DNA of 64,000 bases. Origin: an uncultured Pseudomonadales bacterium. Its GTDB lineage: Bacteria > Pseudomonadota > Gammaproteobacteria > Pseudomonadales > Porticoccaceae. Below are positions 18,966 to 29,454 of this stretch, one piece after another; position 1 is the first letter of the stretch; the number at the start of each line of letters is the position of its first letter. Below the pieces are notes generated by a model that worked only from the letters and a program-made list of their open reading frames with translations, was not told the DNA's origin and ran no database searches. The stretch lies in the NCBI GenBank assembly GCA_963968025.1, contig CAXAFJ010000001.1, forward strand, positions 7,428 through 71,427, read 5' to 3'. A program made the position numbers and the translations under genes.

Positions 18966-19113
18966 TTTTTAGCCAATGTCCGCTTTTGGCCGATAGTCGA
19001 AGATTATTTTAAATTATCTTCTAAGCACTCTGCTAAAAATCTTGTAAAGGGGACGATGTCTTGATCGACACTGGCAGATTCAAGAGGTTTCATATATTCG
19101 TCATTGATTATTT

Positions 19114-19980
19114 TTAACGGGCTTCATCCATTAGCGCCAGAAATTCAATTGCCGCATTCGACAAACTCCGTTTGGTATGATGAATATACCCCAGCTCCCG
19201 CTCAATCCTAATCTCCTCAAACGGCATCACATGCAGGTCTCTCACTAAGGTTTCTGGCAATACACTCCAGCCCAGCCCAATCTCAACCATCGTACTAATC
19301 GTTTCCAAATAGTTAGTCGACATAGGTGCCTGCAGTGGTATTCCTTCTCTCTGAAATAAGTTCTGAATAATCCGCCCGGTATAAGTATTCAACCCCGGCA
19401 AAATAATCGGGTATTCAGCAAGGTCTCTAAGCTCGGGTTGTTTAAGCGCTGCCAGCGGATGATCCTGGGCGCAGATAAACCGCAGGGGGTCATTCCATAT
19501 CTTCTTGCTGTTTATATTGTGGTGGCTCTCTAGGGCTAGGGTAATCACCGCCACTTCGGATTCGCCATGCAGGACTTTCTCGTAGGCTTTCTCGGAGTCC
19601 ATAAATTCAATATCCAAGGTCACATTGGGATATTGCTGGGCAAATTGTTTAAGCACGGGCGGCAGGCGATGTAGGCCCAAGTGGTGGCTTATGGCCAATC
19701 TCAGTGTGCCGCTGGCTTCTCCGGATAAATCATTGATTGCTTGCAGGGCATTTTCATATTCCTGCAGTATGCGCCGGGCTCGGGGTAGCAGTGCATTGCC
19801 GGCTTCGGTGAGGGATACCTGTCGGGCGATGCGGTCGAATAGGCGTTTACCGATCTGCTGCTCCAGTAGGGCGATACGCTTGCTAATGGCGGATTGCGTA
19901 AGGTAGAGGCGGTCGGCGGCATCTGAAAATGAGCCTAGCTCTGCCACGGTGATAAAGGCCTTTAAATTTTGATTGTCCAT
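19114..19980 (-). CDS. LysR family regulator divergent from leuC
   Basis: HTH FITVAELGSFSDAADRLYLTQSAISKRIALLE; 288 aa. Confidence 0.95.
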   Translation of the reverse strand: MDNQNLKAFITVAELGSFSDAADRLYLTQSAISKRIALLEQQIGKRLFDRIARQVSLTEAGNALLPRARRILQEYENALQAINDLSGEASGTLRLAISHHLGLHRLPPVLKQFAQQYPNVTLDIEFMDSEKAYEKVLHGESEVAVITLALESHHNINSKKIWNDPLRFICAQDHPLAALKQPELRDLAEYPIILPGLNTYTGRIIQNLFQREGIPLQAPMSTNYLETISTMVEIGLGWSVLPETLVRDLHVMPFEEIRIERELGYIHHTKRSLSNAAIEFLALMDEAR

Positions 19981-20012
19981 AGGGTTACTCTACTTTAACT
20001 CTGGTAGTTATA

Positions 20013-20069
20013 ATTCCTATTAGGAATGACAATTATTCTAAATATGAATTTATTTCATCATAATGCAGG
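20013..20069. promoter_or_regulatory. LysR-type T-N11-A operator boxes between the LysR gene and leuC
   Basis: Perfect dyad ATTCCT-ATT-AGGAAT (20013-20027) and a second ATTC-N7-GAAT (20055-20069). Confidence 0.65.
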
Positions 20070-20114
20070 TCTACAATGTCTGCAACTTGAAATAAGCATG
20101 TCTGGGAGACTGTG

Positions 20115-21557
20115 ATGACTGGAAGAACACTTTACGACAAGTTGTGGGATAGCCACCTTGTTAAGCAAAACAGCGATGGTTCATCGTTAATTTATATAGA
20201 CCGCCATGTAATTCATGAGGTGACTTCGCCTCAGGCTTTTGAAGGTCTGCGTCTTGCGGGTCGTATGCCTTGGCGTTTGGACACTAATATCGCCACCCCT
20301 GATCACAATATCTCGACCGATAAGACTGAGCGCGATGCTGGGGTTGCCGGGATGACTGATGAGGTGTCCCGCATTCAGGTGCAAACGTTGGATGACAATT
20401 GCGACCTCTACGGCATTAAAGAATTTAAGATCAATGAGATGGGCCAGGGTATTGTTCATGTTATGGGTCCCGAGCTGGGTGCCACTATGCCGGGTATGAC
20501 TGTGGTCTGTGGTGATTCTCATACGGCAACTCACGGTGCGCTGGCTTGTCTGGCTCATGGTATTGGTACCTCTGAGGTTGAGCATGTGTTGGCGACTCAA
20601 TGTTTGGTGGCCAAGAAGATGAAGAATATGCGTGTGACGGTGAATGGCACGGTTGGCGTGGGTGTAACCCCTAAAGATGTGGTGTTGGCGATTATTGGCA
20701 AGATTGGTACGGCTGGCGGTAATGAGCATGCTATCGAGTTTGCTGGCTCGGTGTTCCGTGATATGTCGATTGAAGGGCGGATGACGGTCTGCAATATGGC
20801 GATTGAGGCTGGTGCTCGTGTGGGTATGGTGGCAGTTGATCAGAAGACCATTGATTACTGTGAAGGGCGTCAGTTTGTGCCTAAGGGCGAGATGTTTGAG
20901 CAGGCTGTGGCTTATTGGAAGACTTTGACCACGGATGCTGATGCGCAGTTTGATACCGAGGTTGAGTTGGCTGCTGAGGATATTGCTCCACAGGTGACCT
21001 GGGGTACGTCTCCAGAGATGGTATCTGCGGTGACGGCTTCTGTGCCTACTTTAGATGAGCAGCCTAACGAAGAGAAGCGTAAAGGCTTGGAGCGCGCTCT
21101 GGAATATATGGGTCTTGAAGGTGGGCAGTCGATTGAGTCGATTTATGTTGATCGGGTGTTTATTGGTTCTTGCACCAATTCGCGCATTGAAGATATGCGT
21201 GCGGCAGCGGCCGTGGCTAAGGGTCGTCAAGTAGCCGGTTCAGTTAAGCAGGTATTGATTGTGCCGGGTTCGCAGATGGTGAAGGCCCAAGCGGAAGCTG
21301 AGGGGTTGGATAAGATCTTTATAGCGGCGGGTATGGACTGGCGTGAGCCGGGCTGTTCTATGTGTCTGGCGATGAACGCGGATAAGTTGGGGGCGGGTGA
21401 GCACTGTGCTTCTACGTCGAACCGTAACTTTGAGGGGCGTCAGGGCAATGGCGGGCGTACCCATTTGATGAGTCCTGCAATGGCGGCTGCGGCTGCGGTG
21501 GCGGGTCATATTGTTGACGTGCGAAGCTTCACGTCACAAGCAGCGGAGGTGGTGTAA
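20115..21557 (+). CDS. leuC: 3-isopropylmalate dehydratase large subunit
   Basis: [57 protein letters not shown]. Confidence 0.98.
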   Translation: MTGRTLYDKLWDSHLVKQNSDGSSLIYIDRHVIHEVTSPQAFEGLRLAGRMPWRLDTNIATPDHNISTDKTERDAGVAGMTDEVSRIQVQTLDDNCDLYGIKEFKINEMGQGIVHVMGPELGATMPGMTVVCGDSHTATHGALACLAHGIGTSEVEHVLATQCLVAKKMKNMRVTVNGTVGVGVTPKDVVLAIIGKIGTAGGNEHAIEFAGSVFRDMSIEGRMTVCNMAIEAGARVGMVAVDQKTIDYCEGRQFVPKGEMFEQAVAYWKTLTTDADAQFDTEVELAAEDIAPQVTWGTSPEMVSAVTASVPTLDEQPNEEKRKGLERALEYMGLEGGQSIESIYVDRVFIGSCTNSRIEDMRAAAAVAKGRQVAGSVKQVLIVPGSQMVKAQAEAEGLDKIFIAAGMDWREPGCSMCLAMNADKLGAGEHCASTSNRNFEGRQGNGGRTHLMSPAMAAAAAVAGHIVDVRSFTSQAAEVV

Positions 21558-22204
21558 TGAAAGCATTTACTGCACATCGTGGTTTGGTGGGTCCTATGGA
21601 TCGTGCCAATGTAGACACGGATATGATTATTCCCAAGCAGTTTTTGAAGTCGATCAAGCGCAGTGGCTTTGGGCCGAACCTGTTTGATGAGTTGCGTTAT
21701 CAGGATGAGGGGCAACCGGGTGTTGATTGCAGCAACCGTCCGCTGAAAGCCGACTTCCCATTGAATTTTCCCCGTTACAAAGGGGCTTCTGTACTCTTGG
21801 CACGAAAGAACTTTGGCTGTGGTTCCAGTCGTGAGCATGCCCCCTGGGCGTTAGAGGATTACGGTTTTAATGCGGTGATCGCCCCTAGTTACGCGGATAT
21901 CTTCTACAACAACTGTTTTAAGAACGGTTTGTTGCCGGTGATGTTGACTGAAGAGCAGGTTGATGTGCTGTTTAAGGAGATGGAGGCTGAAGAGGGTTAT
22001 CAGCTGTCGATTGATTTGCCATCACAGACTGTCACCACTGATTCTGGTCATGTGTTTAGTTTTGAGTTGGATGAGTTTCGTAAGGAATGTTTGCTCAATG
22101 GTTTGGACGAGATTGGTCTGACTTTAAAAGAAGCCGATGCGATTAAACAGTATGAGACTGAGCGTGCGGCACAGCATCCTTGGGTATTTGGAGCTATAAA
22201 ATAA
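21557..22204 (+). CDS. leuD: 3-isopropylmalate dehydratase small subunit
   Basis: [28 protein letters not shown]. Confidence 0.98.
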   Translation: MKAFTAHRGLVGPMDRANVDTDMIIPKQFLKSIKRSGFGPNLFDELRYQDEGQPGVDCSNRPLKADFPLNFPRYKGASVLLARKNFGCGSSREHAPWALEDYGFNAVIAPSYADIFYNNCFKNGLLPVMLTEEQVDVLFKEMEAEEGYQLSIDLPSQTVTTDSGHVFSFELDEFRKECLLNGLDEIGLTLKEADAIKQYETERAAQHPWVFGAIK

Positions 22205-23286
22205 TGGCGAGTAGTATGAAAAAAGTATTGGTATTGCCGGGCGATAATATTGGCCCTGAGATTATTACTGAAGCGGTGAAAGTGCTTGAGACAGTTAATG
22301 AGAAATTTGGCCTAGGCATTGAGTTGGATTATGCCCATTTGGGTGGTGCGGCTCTGGATGCTGTTGGTGAGCCTTGCCCTAAGGAGACATTGGATAAGGC
22401 CCGTGCGTCTGATGCGATTCTGTTGGGCGCTGTGGGTGGTCCGCAGTGGGATGATGTGGAACGTCATCTGCGTCCGGAGAAGGGTTTGTTAACCATTCGC
22501 TCTGAGTTGGAGCTGTTTGGTAATTTGCGTCCGGCGATTATGTATCCGCAGTTGGCTCATGCCTCTTCGCTGAAGCCTGAGTTTGTTTCGGGTTTGGATA
22601 TTTTGATTGTCCGTGAGTTAGTGGGTGGTATTTACTTTGGTGAGCCGCGGGGTATTCGTACTCTGGAGAACGGCGAGCGTGAGGGTTACAACACGTATAA
22701 ATACAGTGAGTCTGAGATTCGTCGTATTGGTCGTATGGCGTTTGAGGCGGCGATGGTGCGCGGTAAGCGTCTCTGTTCGGTGGATAAGTCGAATGTGTTG
22801 GAAGCGACGATTCTGTGGCGTGAAGTGATCACGGCGATGGCGGCGGACTATCCTGAGGTGGAGCTGAGCCATATGTATGTGGACAATGCGGCGATGCAGT
22901 TGGTGAAGGAGCCTAAGCAGTTTGATGTGGTGGTGACGGGTAATATGTTTGGCGATATTTTGTCGGATACGGCGGCGATGTTGACTGGGTCTATTGGTAT
23001 GTTGCCTTCTGCTTCGTTGGATAAGGATGGGGGTGGTATGTATGAGCCCTGTCATGGTTCGGCGCCGGATATTGCGGGGCAGGGTGTGGCTAATCCTTTG
23101 GCGACGATTTTGTCTGTGGCGATGATGTTGCGGTATTCGCTGGATGCGGTTGAGGCTGCTGATGCGATTGAGGCTGCTGTTAGCACTGTGCTGGATCAGG
23201 GGTTGCGGACTGGTGATATTTATACCGATGGTATGACGCGGGTTGGTACGGTTGAGATGGGTGATGCGGTGGTGGCGGCGCTTTAG
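22204..23286 (+). CDS. leuB: 3-isopropylmalate dehydrogenase
   Basis: [53 protein letters not shown]; ATG overlaps leuD stop. Confidence 0.98.
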   Translation: MASSMKKVLVLPGDNIGPEIITEAVKVLETVNEKFGLGIELDYAHLGGAALDAVGEPCPKETLDKARASDAILLGAVGGPQWDDVERHLRPEKGLLTIRSELELFGNLRPAIMYPQLAHASSLKPEFVSGLDILIVRELVGGIYFGEPRGIRTLENGEREGYNTYKYSESEIRRIGRMAFEAAMVRGKRLCSVDKSNVLEATILWREVITAMAADYPEVELSHMYVDNAAMQLVKEPKQFDVVVTGNMFGDILSDTAAMLTGSIGMLPSASLDKDGGGMYEPCHGSAPDIAGQGVANPLATILSVAMMLRYSLDAVEAADAIEAAVSTVLDQGLRTGDIYTDGMTRVGTVEMGDAVVAAL

Positions 23287-23401
23287 TTTGTGATACCAGA
23301 CTTTGAACGTCATCCAAGTTTTTGACTGTAATGCCATGCCATGCGAGTCTTTGACCGTCATGTCAGCGTAGCCTGGTATCTGTTTGGGAGTGGGCTGGAG
23401 G

Positions 23402-23755
23402 GAGATCCTTCGACTTCGCTCAGGATGACAGGCGTGGGTGGGATGACAGATTGGGTGTGATGACAGGCCTTAGTGGAATGACAGGCTTGTGTGCCATTCA
23501 GTCTAGCTACAGTGCTGTCATCCCGACCGGAGTGGAGGGATCTCATCAAGTTGGCAGAGACTCAGGCTATGGGTTCCCTGTTCAGGAGATCCTTCGACTT
23601 CGCTCAGGATGACAGGTGTGGGTCTGATGACAGATTGGGTGGGATGACAGACTTGGGTGGGATGACAGGCTTGGGTGGGATGACAGGCCTTAGTGGGATG
23701 ACATGCTTGGGTGGCATGACAAGTTGGATGGCATGACAAGTTGGACGGGATGACA
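23402..23755. repeat. REP-like cluster with tandem arrays of 17-18-bp units ending in GATGACA
   Basis: Identical gagatccttcgacttcgctcaggatgaca at 23402-23430 and 23586-23614; opposite unit at 23516-23544; 3 tandem units at 23431-23483 and 8 at 23615-23755. Confidence 0.92.
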
Positions 23756-23839
23756 GGTTATATACCGCGATCTCATAGGTAAGCAGTGGCGCTGAACAAC
23801 AAAAGAATTTAACCAAGATTTACAACAGGATTTAGAACA

Positions 23840-24952
23840 ATGAAAAAAACAGGATTTATAGGTTGGCGTGGCATGGTTGGATCTGTGCTAATGGAGAGAA
23901 TGCGTGAAGAGAACGACTTCGCCCATATAGAGCCAATTTTCTTCACTACGTCTCAGGCAGGCCAAACAGGCCCCGACGTCGGTGTTGAAATTCCTCTGCT
24001 GCAAAGCGCCTTCGATATCGACGCCCTGCAACAGATGGATATTATTGTTACCTGTCAGGGGGGAGATTACACCAAAGAAGTCTACCCGCAGCTGCGTAAA
24101 GCCGGTTGGGATGGCTATTGGGTTGATGCGGCATCAGCGCTGCGTATGGACGATAGTTCGATCATTGTGCTCGACCCAGTCAATATGTCTGTCGTTAAAG
24201 ATGGCTTGGCCAATGGCGTTAAAGATTATATCGGTGGCAACTGTACTGTGAGCTTGATGCTCATGAGTCTCGGCGGTCTGTTTAATGCCAATCTGGTAGA
24301 GTGGGCGAGTTCCATGACCTATCAGGCGGCCTCTGGTGCCGGTGCGCAGAATATGCGTGAACTGATCAATCAGATGGGGGTGATTAAGAACTCTGTGTCT
24401 GATGCTCTAGCCAACCCCAGTTCGGCTATTCTAGAAATTGATCGTCAGGTGACTGATACGCTGCGCTCAGATAGTTTTCCAGTGGACAACTGGGGCTATC
24501 CTTTGGCCGGTAGCCTGCTGCCTTATATTGATTCACAACTTGAAAACGGTCAGAGCCGTGAAGAGTGGAAGAACCAGGCGGAGACTAACAAAATCTTGAA
24601 TCGCGAAGGCAATCCTATTCCTCTGGATGGTCTCTGTGTCCGCATTGGCTCCATGCGCTGCCACAGCCAGGCTCTGACCATTAAGCTGACCCAGGATGTG
24701 CCTATGGATGAAATCGAGTCCATGTTGGCTGAGGGAAATCAGTGGGCCAAGGTGATTGCCAATGATAAAGAGTCTTCGGTTAAGCATTTAACGCCTGCGG
24801 CAGTCACCGGTGGTTTGGATGTTCCGGTTGGGCGGTTGCGTAAAATGAATATGGGTGAACAGTACCTCTCTGCGTTTACCGTGGGTGATCAGCTTCTGTG
24901 GGGGGCGGCTGAGCCCGTGCGTCGTATGCTCAGAATTCTGATTGAGGATTAA
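23840..24952 (+). CDS. asd: Aspartate-semialdehyde dehydrogenase
   Basis: [50 protein letters not shown]. Confidence 0.98.
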   Translation: MKKTGFIGWRGMVGSVLMERMREENDFAHIEPIFFTTSQAGQTGPDVGVEIPLLQSAFDIDALQQMDIIVTCQGGDYTKEVYPQLRKAGWDGYWVDAASALRMDDSSIIVLDPVNMSVVKDGLANGVKDYIGGNCTVSLMLMSLGGLFNANLVEWASSMTYQAASGAGAQNMRELINQMGVIKNSVSDALANPSSAILEIDRQVTDTLRSDSFPVDNWGYPLAGSLLPYIDSQLENGQSREEWKNQAETNKILNREGNPIPLDGLCVRIGSMRCHSQALTIKLTQDVPMDEIESMLAEGNQWAKVIANDKESSVKHLTPAAVTGGLDVPVGRLRKMNMGEQYLSAFTVGDQLLWGAAEPVRRMLRILIED

Positions 24953-25113
24953 GTAAAACGAGAACTAAATGTCAGGCCCGGATTAAACAGGGACGTGAAT
25001 TGACTAATAATGTGCTAAGACTTTAGGATGGTTAACATCTTGAGATATCGCAGGTTAGCCGCTAAACAATTACTGTAAAGCCCTGTTCAAGAGGCTTTTG
25101 ATAGGACATTTTT

Positions 25114-27627
25114 ATGACAATTCGGACGTGGTCGGCGTTTTTTATCCAGGAGTCTGGGCAACAAAATAAGCATAGCTCCCTTAAAAAGCTTGGCGACATT
25201 ATACTTGCTCAGTTCAAATACAGCCTCAAATTAGCCGTTGTTACCAGTGCCATATTGATCTCTGCCCTGGCGACAATACCCTCCGCCTTTGCGGTGGGTT
25301 TGGGTGAGATTACAGTTAATTCGTCTCTCAATGAGCCTCTTGCCGCGCATATCCAAATTATCAATTCCAGCGACCTTCAAGATAACCAAATTCTTGTATC
25401 GCTGGCCTCTGCTGAGGCTTTTGAGCGGGCGGGGGTGAGTCGGGATTTCTTTCTAAGCCGCCTGCAGTTTTCGGTCAGTCGAGACAGTTCCAATCAGCGT
25501 ATTATCAACATTGTTACCCAACAGCCAGTTGTCGAACCCTATCTCGATTTTTTGGTCCAGTTGCAGTGGCCCGAAGGTCGTGTGATGCGCTCTTACACGA
25601 TGCTCTTGGACCTGCCTATCTACCGTGAAGATCAATCATCTGCTGTGCAAGTTGCACCGCCAGTGACAGGTAATCGCGCTAGGCCCTCAGCGCCAGCGGC
25701 GATTGCGAGAGTTGATCAAGTGGCACTGTCTGGTGATCAACATCAGGTAATAGTTGGCGACACGCTGTGGAATGTAGCCAAGCGTCTGCGTCCTCGTGGT
25801 ACCACTATCCTTCAGACCATGGATTCGCTCTATGAGCAAAACGCCACAGCCTTTTCCGATGGTGATGCCAATCGTTTGATGGAAGGGTCGGTTTTGCGGC
25901 TGCCGTCGAGGGATGAAATTAGTGAGCAGGCTGGCGATATGGTGGCTTCACAGATTGGTCTTGTGGCTCCGCTTGAGCAAGCAGCGGCTAATGATGATAT
26001 CGAGATTATTTATAGCGACGAGTATGATTCCGAGCAGACTCTCGAGCAGGTGGCAGATACTGATGCGCGTTTACAGCTGGTCTCTGCCTCTGATCAAACT
26101 GCAGAAGATGATGCCATTGCCGGCAGTGTAGATCTGTCAGAGTCTGACTCTGACTCTCTTGGTACTCTGGATTCTTCTGGATCAGAAACCGCTCAGCAGC
26201 TGTCTTCGGATCTGGCTATTGCCAATGATGAAGTCAACAAAGTACAGCTTGAAAACACTGAACTCCGCGAGCGTTTAGTGCTGTTGGAAGCTCAGGTTGC
26301 CGCCATGGCGGCCCTGGTTGATCAGGCCCAAAAACAAGCCGATATTGATCGTGGTGCGGTGGAGACACCTAAGTCTGAGGACGATCTCAGTGCCTCACTA
26401 CTGGCGGTTCCAGTCTATTTCTGGGGAGCCTTGATCGCGCTTGTTCTGCTCTTGGCCGTCTTAGTGATGCGCAGGTCTTCTGCCTCGCGACGAGATGATG
26501 AGGCTCTCGGCGACCTGTCTATGGGCAGTTATGAAGGCTACGATAAGGGTGCGCCGAGTAATGCCACTGCCGCGGCAACCCTCCATGAGCTCGATGACCT
26601 AGAGTTGGATCCAGACGACGATCTGTTCGACGAGAGCGATACCGAGATCTTTGACAGTGCTGAAGAAACTGTCAATGAAGAGGTTTTCGATATGATGGTC
26701 GAGGCGGTAGCTGAGGCAGAGGTTTACCTCTCCCTGGGCAATACCCAGCAGGCAATTACCGTGCTTGAAGACGCCCGTGCGCAAGATAGCGCCGATGCTT
26801 CGTGCCGTTTAAAGCTTATGGAGATCCTATTCTGGGAGGGCCGCAAAGATGAGTTGCGTCCGCTGTATAACGAAATCGTGTCAACAGAGGATAGCGCCGC
26901 CATTGAAATGGCTGCCATTATTGCAGGGCTGGAGAGTGGGCCTGTTTCGACTCTCGAAGAGGGTGCCAGTGATCTGGGTTTAGACAGCCTTGAGCCAATA
27001 GACAGCCCTGAGCTAAACGATAGCCTTGAGCCAATAGACAGCCCCGTCTCAGATTTGCCGGGTCTCGATACTCAGCACCCAGAGCTCAAGGATCTTGGCT
27101 TCTCCGATAGCGAGCTAAGAACCTTTGAGTTAGAGGATCTGGATATAGATGCATTAGATATCCAGGACTTTGATATTGAGGTAGATGAGTCGCCACTAGA
27201 TTCGACAGTATTGCAGTTCCCTGGTGGTAACGAGCTCAACCGGGAGCTGGATGAGATGTTTGCTGATTTTGATGCAGAGGCCTCGATTGCAGAGCCCTCA
27301 GCCACAACTGTAGAGCCCTCAGCTACAAATCTAGAGCCCTCAGCCACAAATCTAGAGCCCTCAGCCACAAATCTAGAGCCCTCAGCCACAACTACAGAGC
27401 CCTCAGCAGCGGAACTTGCGGCAACAGTAGAGCCTTCGGCAACTGACGGATTGAGCGCTCTAGATGATATCGACAGCCTCGACGCCGCCGAGATCAAACT
27501 GGACCTGGCTAAAACCTATATTGAAATGGGTGACCCAGAAGGTGCAAAGGAGATTCTCGAAGAGCTACTTGGCGAAGCCGATGAAGAGGGCAAGGCCAAG
27601 GCGCGAACGCTGCTCGATACTCTTTAG
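25114..27627 (+). CDS. fimV: FimV/HubP family polar landmark protein
   Basis: GLGEITVNSSLNEPL, VVEPYLDFLV, LysM GDTLWNVA, TM helix, acidic region, C-terminal KLDLAKTYIEMGDPEGAKEILEE; between asd and truA. Confidence 0.92.
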   Translation: MTIRTWSAFFIQESGQQNKHSSLKKLGDIILAQFKYSLKLAVVTSAILISALATIPSAFAVGLGEITVNSSLNEPLAAHIQIINSSDLQDNQILVSLASAEAFERAGVSRDFFLSRLQFSVSRDSSNQRIINIVTQQPVVEPYLDFLVQLQWPEGRVMRSYTMLLDLPIYREDQSSAVQVAPPVTGNRARPSAPAAIARVDQVALSGDQHQVIVGDTLWNVAKRLRPRGTTILQTMDSLYEQNATAFSDGDANRLMEGSVLRLPSRDEISEQAGDMVASQIGLVAPLEQAAANDDIEIIYSDEYDSEQTLEQVADTDARLQLVSASDQTAEDDAIAGSVDLSESDSDSLGTLDSSGSETAQQLSSDLAIANDEVNKVQLENTELRERLVLLEAQVAAMAALVDQAQKQADIDRGAVETPKSEDDLSASLLAVPVYFWGALIALVLLLAVLVMRRSSASRRDDEALGDLSMGSYEGYDKGAPSNATAAATLHELDDLELDPDDDLFDESDTEIFDSAEETVNEEVFDMMVEAVAEAEVYLSLGNTQQAITVLEDARAQDSADASCRLKLMEILFWEGRKDELRPLYNEIVSTEDSAAIEMAAIIAGLESGPVSTLEEGASDLGLDSLEPIDSPELNDSLEPIDSPVSDLPGLDTQHPELKDLGFSDSELRTFELEDLDIDALDIQDFDIEVDESPLDSTVLQFPGGNELNRELDEMFADFDAEASIAEPSATTVEPSATNLEPSATNLEPSATNLEPSATTTEPSAAELAATVEPSATDGLSALDDIDSLDAAEIKLDLAKTYIEMGDPEGAKEILEELLGEADEEGKAKARTLLDTL
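27292..27408 (+). repeat. In-frame 21-bp tandem repeat (EPSATNL-type, ~5.5 copies) in fimV
   Basis: gagccctcagccacaaatcta consensus; also a 26-bp DSLEPIDSP duplication at 26983-27008 and 27019-27044. Confidence 0.92.
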
Positions 27628-27721
27628 CAACTTGACGGGTTAGCGAGAAGGCGGAAAATAAAAGCCCAGCCGCTAAACCTTAGCTGGGCTAACAAGCCGG
27701 TCAGTGTGTATAATTTCGCCC

Positions 27722-28585
27722 ATGACAGAACTAGATTGGGTCTACAGCCGCAACGGCAAAATTCCCCAAGGGAAGAGCCTTCCCTTAGGCGTTAAACGCT
27801 ATGCTGCCGTCGTTTCATACGACGGCAGTGCTTTTTGTGGCTTCCAAAAACAAAAGCACAGCCCATCGGTACAGCAGGAACTGGAGCGCGCTCTAAGCTC
27901 CGTAGCCAACTGCGAAATTGTTGTCAGCTGCGCAGGGCGCACCGACACCGCGGTGCACGCCAGCTACCAGGTGGTCCACTTTGATACCCCGGCGCTGCGC
28001 ACTGGCCGCAACTGGATCAAAGGGGCAAACAGTCAGCTGCCCGACAGTATTGGCCTGCTCTGGGCCGATGAAGTCACGGAGGGCTTTCACGCACGTTTTA
28101 GCGCCACTTCCCGCACCTATCGCTATGTGATTCACGCAGCAGCGGCACGTCCGGCGATACTCTCTCAGGGCATCACCTGGGTGCGCAACCCATTAAACGC
28201 TGCGGCCATGCAGGAAGGCTGCAAATATCTGCTCGGCGAACAGGACTTTTCCGCCTTTCGCGGAGCAGGGTGCCAGTCACTTTCACCCAATCGCAATATC
28301 ACCAGCGCCAACATTATCCAGGCTGGAGAGCTGCTAGTCTTTGAAGTGACAGCCAATGCTTTTGTCTTACATATGGTGCGCAATATTATCGGCTCGCTGA
28401 TGGAAGTGGGTTGTGGTCGTCGCGATCCAAGCTGGATAGGGCAGTTGATCAAAGGCTGTGATCGCACAAAAAGTGCTGCGACAGCATCGCCAAAAGGGCT
28501 CTACCTGGTTAATGTGGGCTATCCCAATGACTCGATTATTCCACTGATGCCCAAGGGTCCGCTGTTTTTAAATATAAAAAGCTAA
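27722..28585 (+). CDS. truA: tRNA pseudouridine(38-40) synthase
   Basis: SYDGSAFCGFQ, CAGRTDTAVHA, FHARFSATSRTYRY, FVLHMVRNIIG, GLYLVNVGY. Confidence 0.97.
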   Translation: MTELDWVYSRNGKIPQGKSLPLGVKRYAAVVSYDGSAFCGFQKQKHSPSVQQELERALSSVANCEIVVSCAGRTDTAVHASYQVVHFDTPALRTGRNWIKGANSQLPDSIGLLWADEVTEGFHARFSATSRTYRYVIHAAAARPAILSQGITWVRNPLNAAAMQEGCKYLLGEQDFSAFRGAGCQSLSPNRNITSANIIQAGELLVFEVTANAFVLHMVRNIIGSLMEVGCGRRDPSWIGQLIKGCDRTKSAATASPKGLYLVNVGYPNDSIIPLMPKGPLFLNIKS

Positions 28586-28636
28586 ATACACAGCGTTTCG
28601 ACAGTTTCAACGTCAGTTTTGTACACAGGTGAAGAT

Positions 28637-29257
28637 ATGTCAGTTCAAGTAAAAATTTGTGGTATCACGACGCCAGAGCAAGCGCTTATGGTGCAGCAAG
28701 CAGGTGCCGATGCCCTGGGGCTAGTGATTTACCGCAAGAGCTCGCGCTATATCGATCTGCGCCAGGCGGTGGCTGTGCGAGCGGCGATTGCCTCTGATGT
28801 TCTCTGTGTTGTGTTGCTGGTGAATGCGGACAAGGAATTTGTGAAGCAGGTCATCGCAGACGTAAAACCGGATCTGCTGCAGTTTCACGGCGATGAAAGC
28901 GCCGAGTTTTGCCAGCAGTTTGGCTTTCCCTATATTCGTGCTCTGCGCATGCATGAGGATCTCAATATCGCCGCCGAGGCGAAAGCCCATAAAGCAGCCC
29001 ACAGTTTACTATTTGATGCCTGGCATGCAGACCAGTACGGCGGCACGGGTGAGCGCTTTGACTGGGCTAGACTGCCCCGCGAGCGCAACTTTAATTTGAT
29101 TCTGGCGGGTGGTTTAACCCCTGATAATGTGGCTGAATCCGTGGCCGCTGTAGCGCCGGATATGGTCGATGTGAGCGGTGGCGTCGAGTCGGCACCGGGG
29201 ATAAAAGATCCAATTATGGTGCGTGACTTTATTCAGCAGGCAAAAGCCGCTGGTTGA
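28637..29257 (+). CDS. trpF: Phosphoribosylanthranilate isomerase
   Basis: VKICGIT, LQFHGDE, GGTGERFDW, ILAGGLTPDNV, VDVSGGVE. Confidence 0.97.
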   Translation: MSVQVKICGITTPEQALMVQQAGADALGLVIYRKSSRYIDLRQAVAVRAAIASDVLCVVLLVNADKEFVKQVIADVKPDLLQFHGDESAEFCQQFGFPYIRALRMHEDLNIAAEAKAHKAAHSLLFDAWHADQYGGTGERFDWARLPRERNFNLILAGGLTPDNVAESVAAVAPDMVDVSGGVESAPGIKDPIMVRDFIQQAKAAG

Positions 29258-29454
29258 AGGGGCTTTTGATTAAACAGTTGATTGAAAGAACCGACTAAAA
29301 ATAACCCAATGCACTGTTTAGCTCGGCCAATCTGTCGTGTTAAACTGCCGACCTAACAAGAGCCGAAGCTTACTCTGTAGGGTAAAACTTGCACCCTGTA
29401 AGATTCTGGCTTAGTAATATTGAGTACTTACTGATTTTAGCGAAAGGGAAATAG

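Noticed and set aside
18966-19005. Integron attC site
   Set aside because: No RYYYAAC/GTTRRRY cores and no integrase in the window
19006-19113. VLIDTG peptide suggesting a metallo-beta-lactamase fragment
   Set aside because: Very short, flanked by stops, likely chance
22618-23361. Long antisense ORFs in leu genes and oppA (22618-23361, 20187-20729, 41402-42130)
   Set aside because: Shadow frames of real genes, with odd H/R/T or V/G composition explained by the local skew
23402-23755. CRISPR array
   Set aside because: Units are 17-18 bp, degenerate and contiguous, with no unique ~30-bp spacers and no cas genes
29258-29454. trpB/trpA absent between trpF and accD
   Set aside because: The same arrangement occurs in Pseudomonas-like genomes; ordinary
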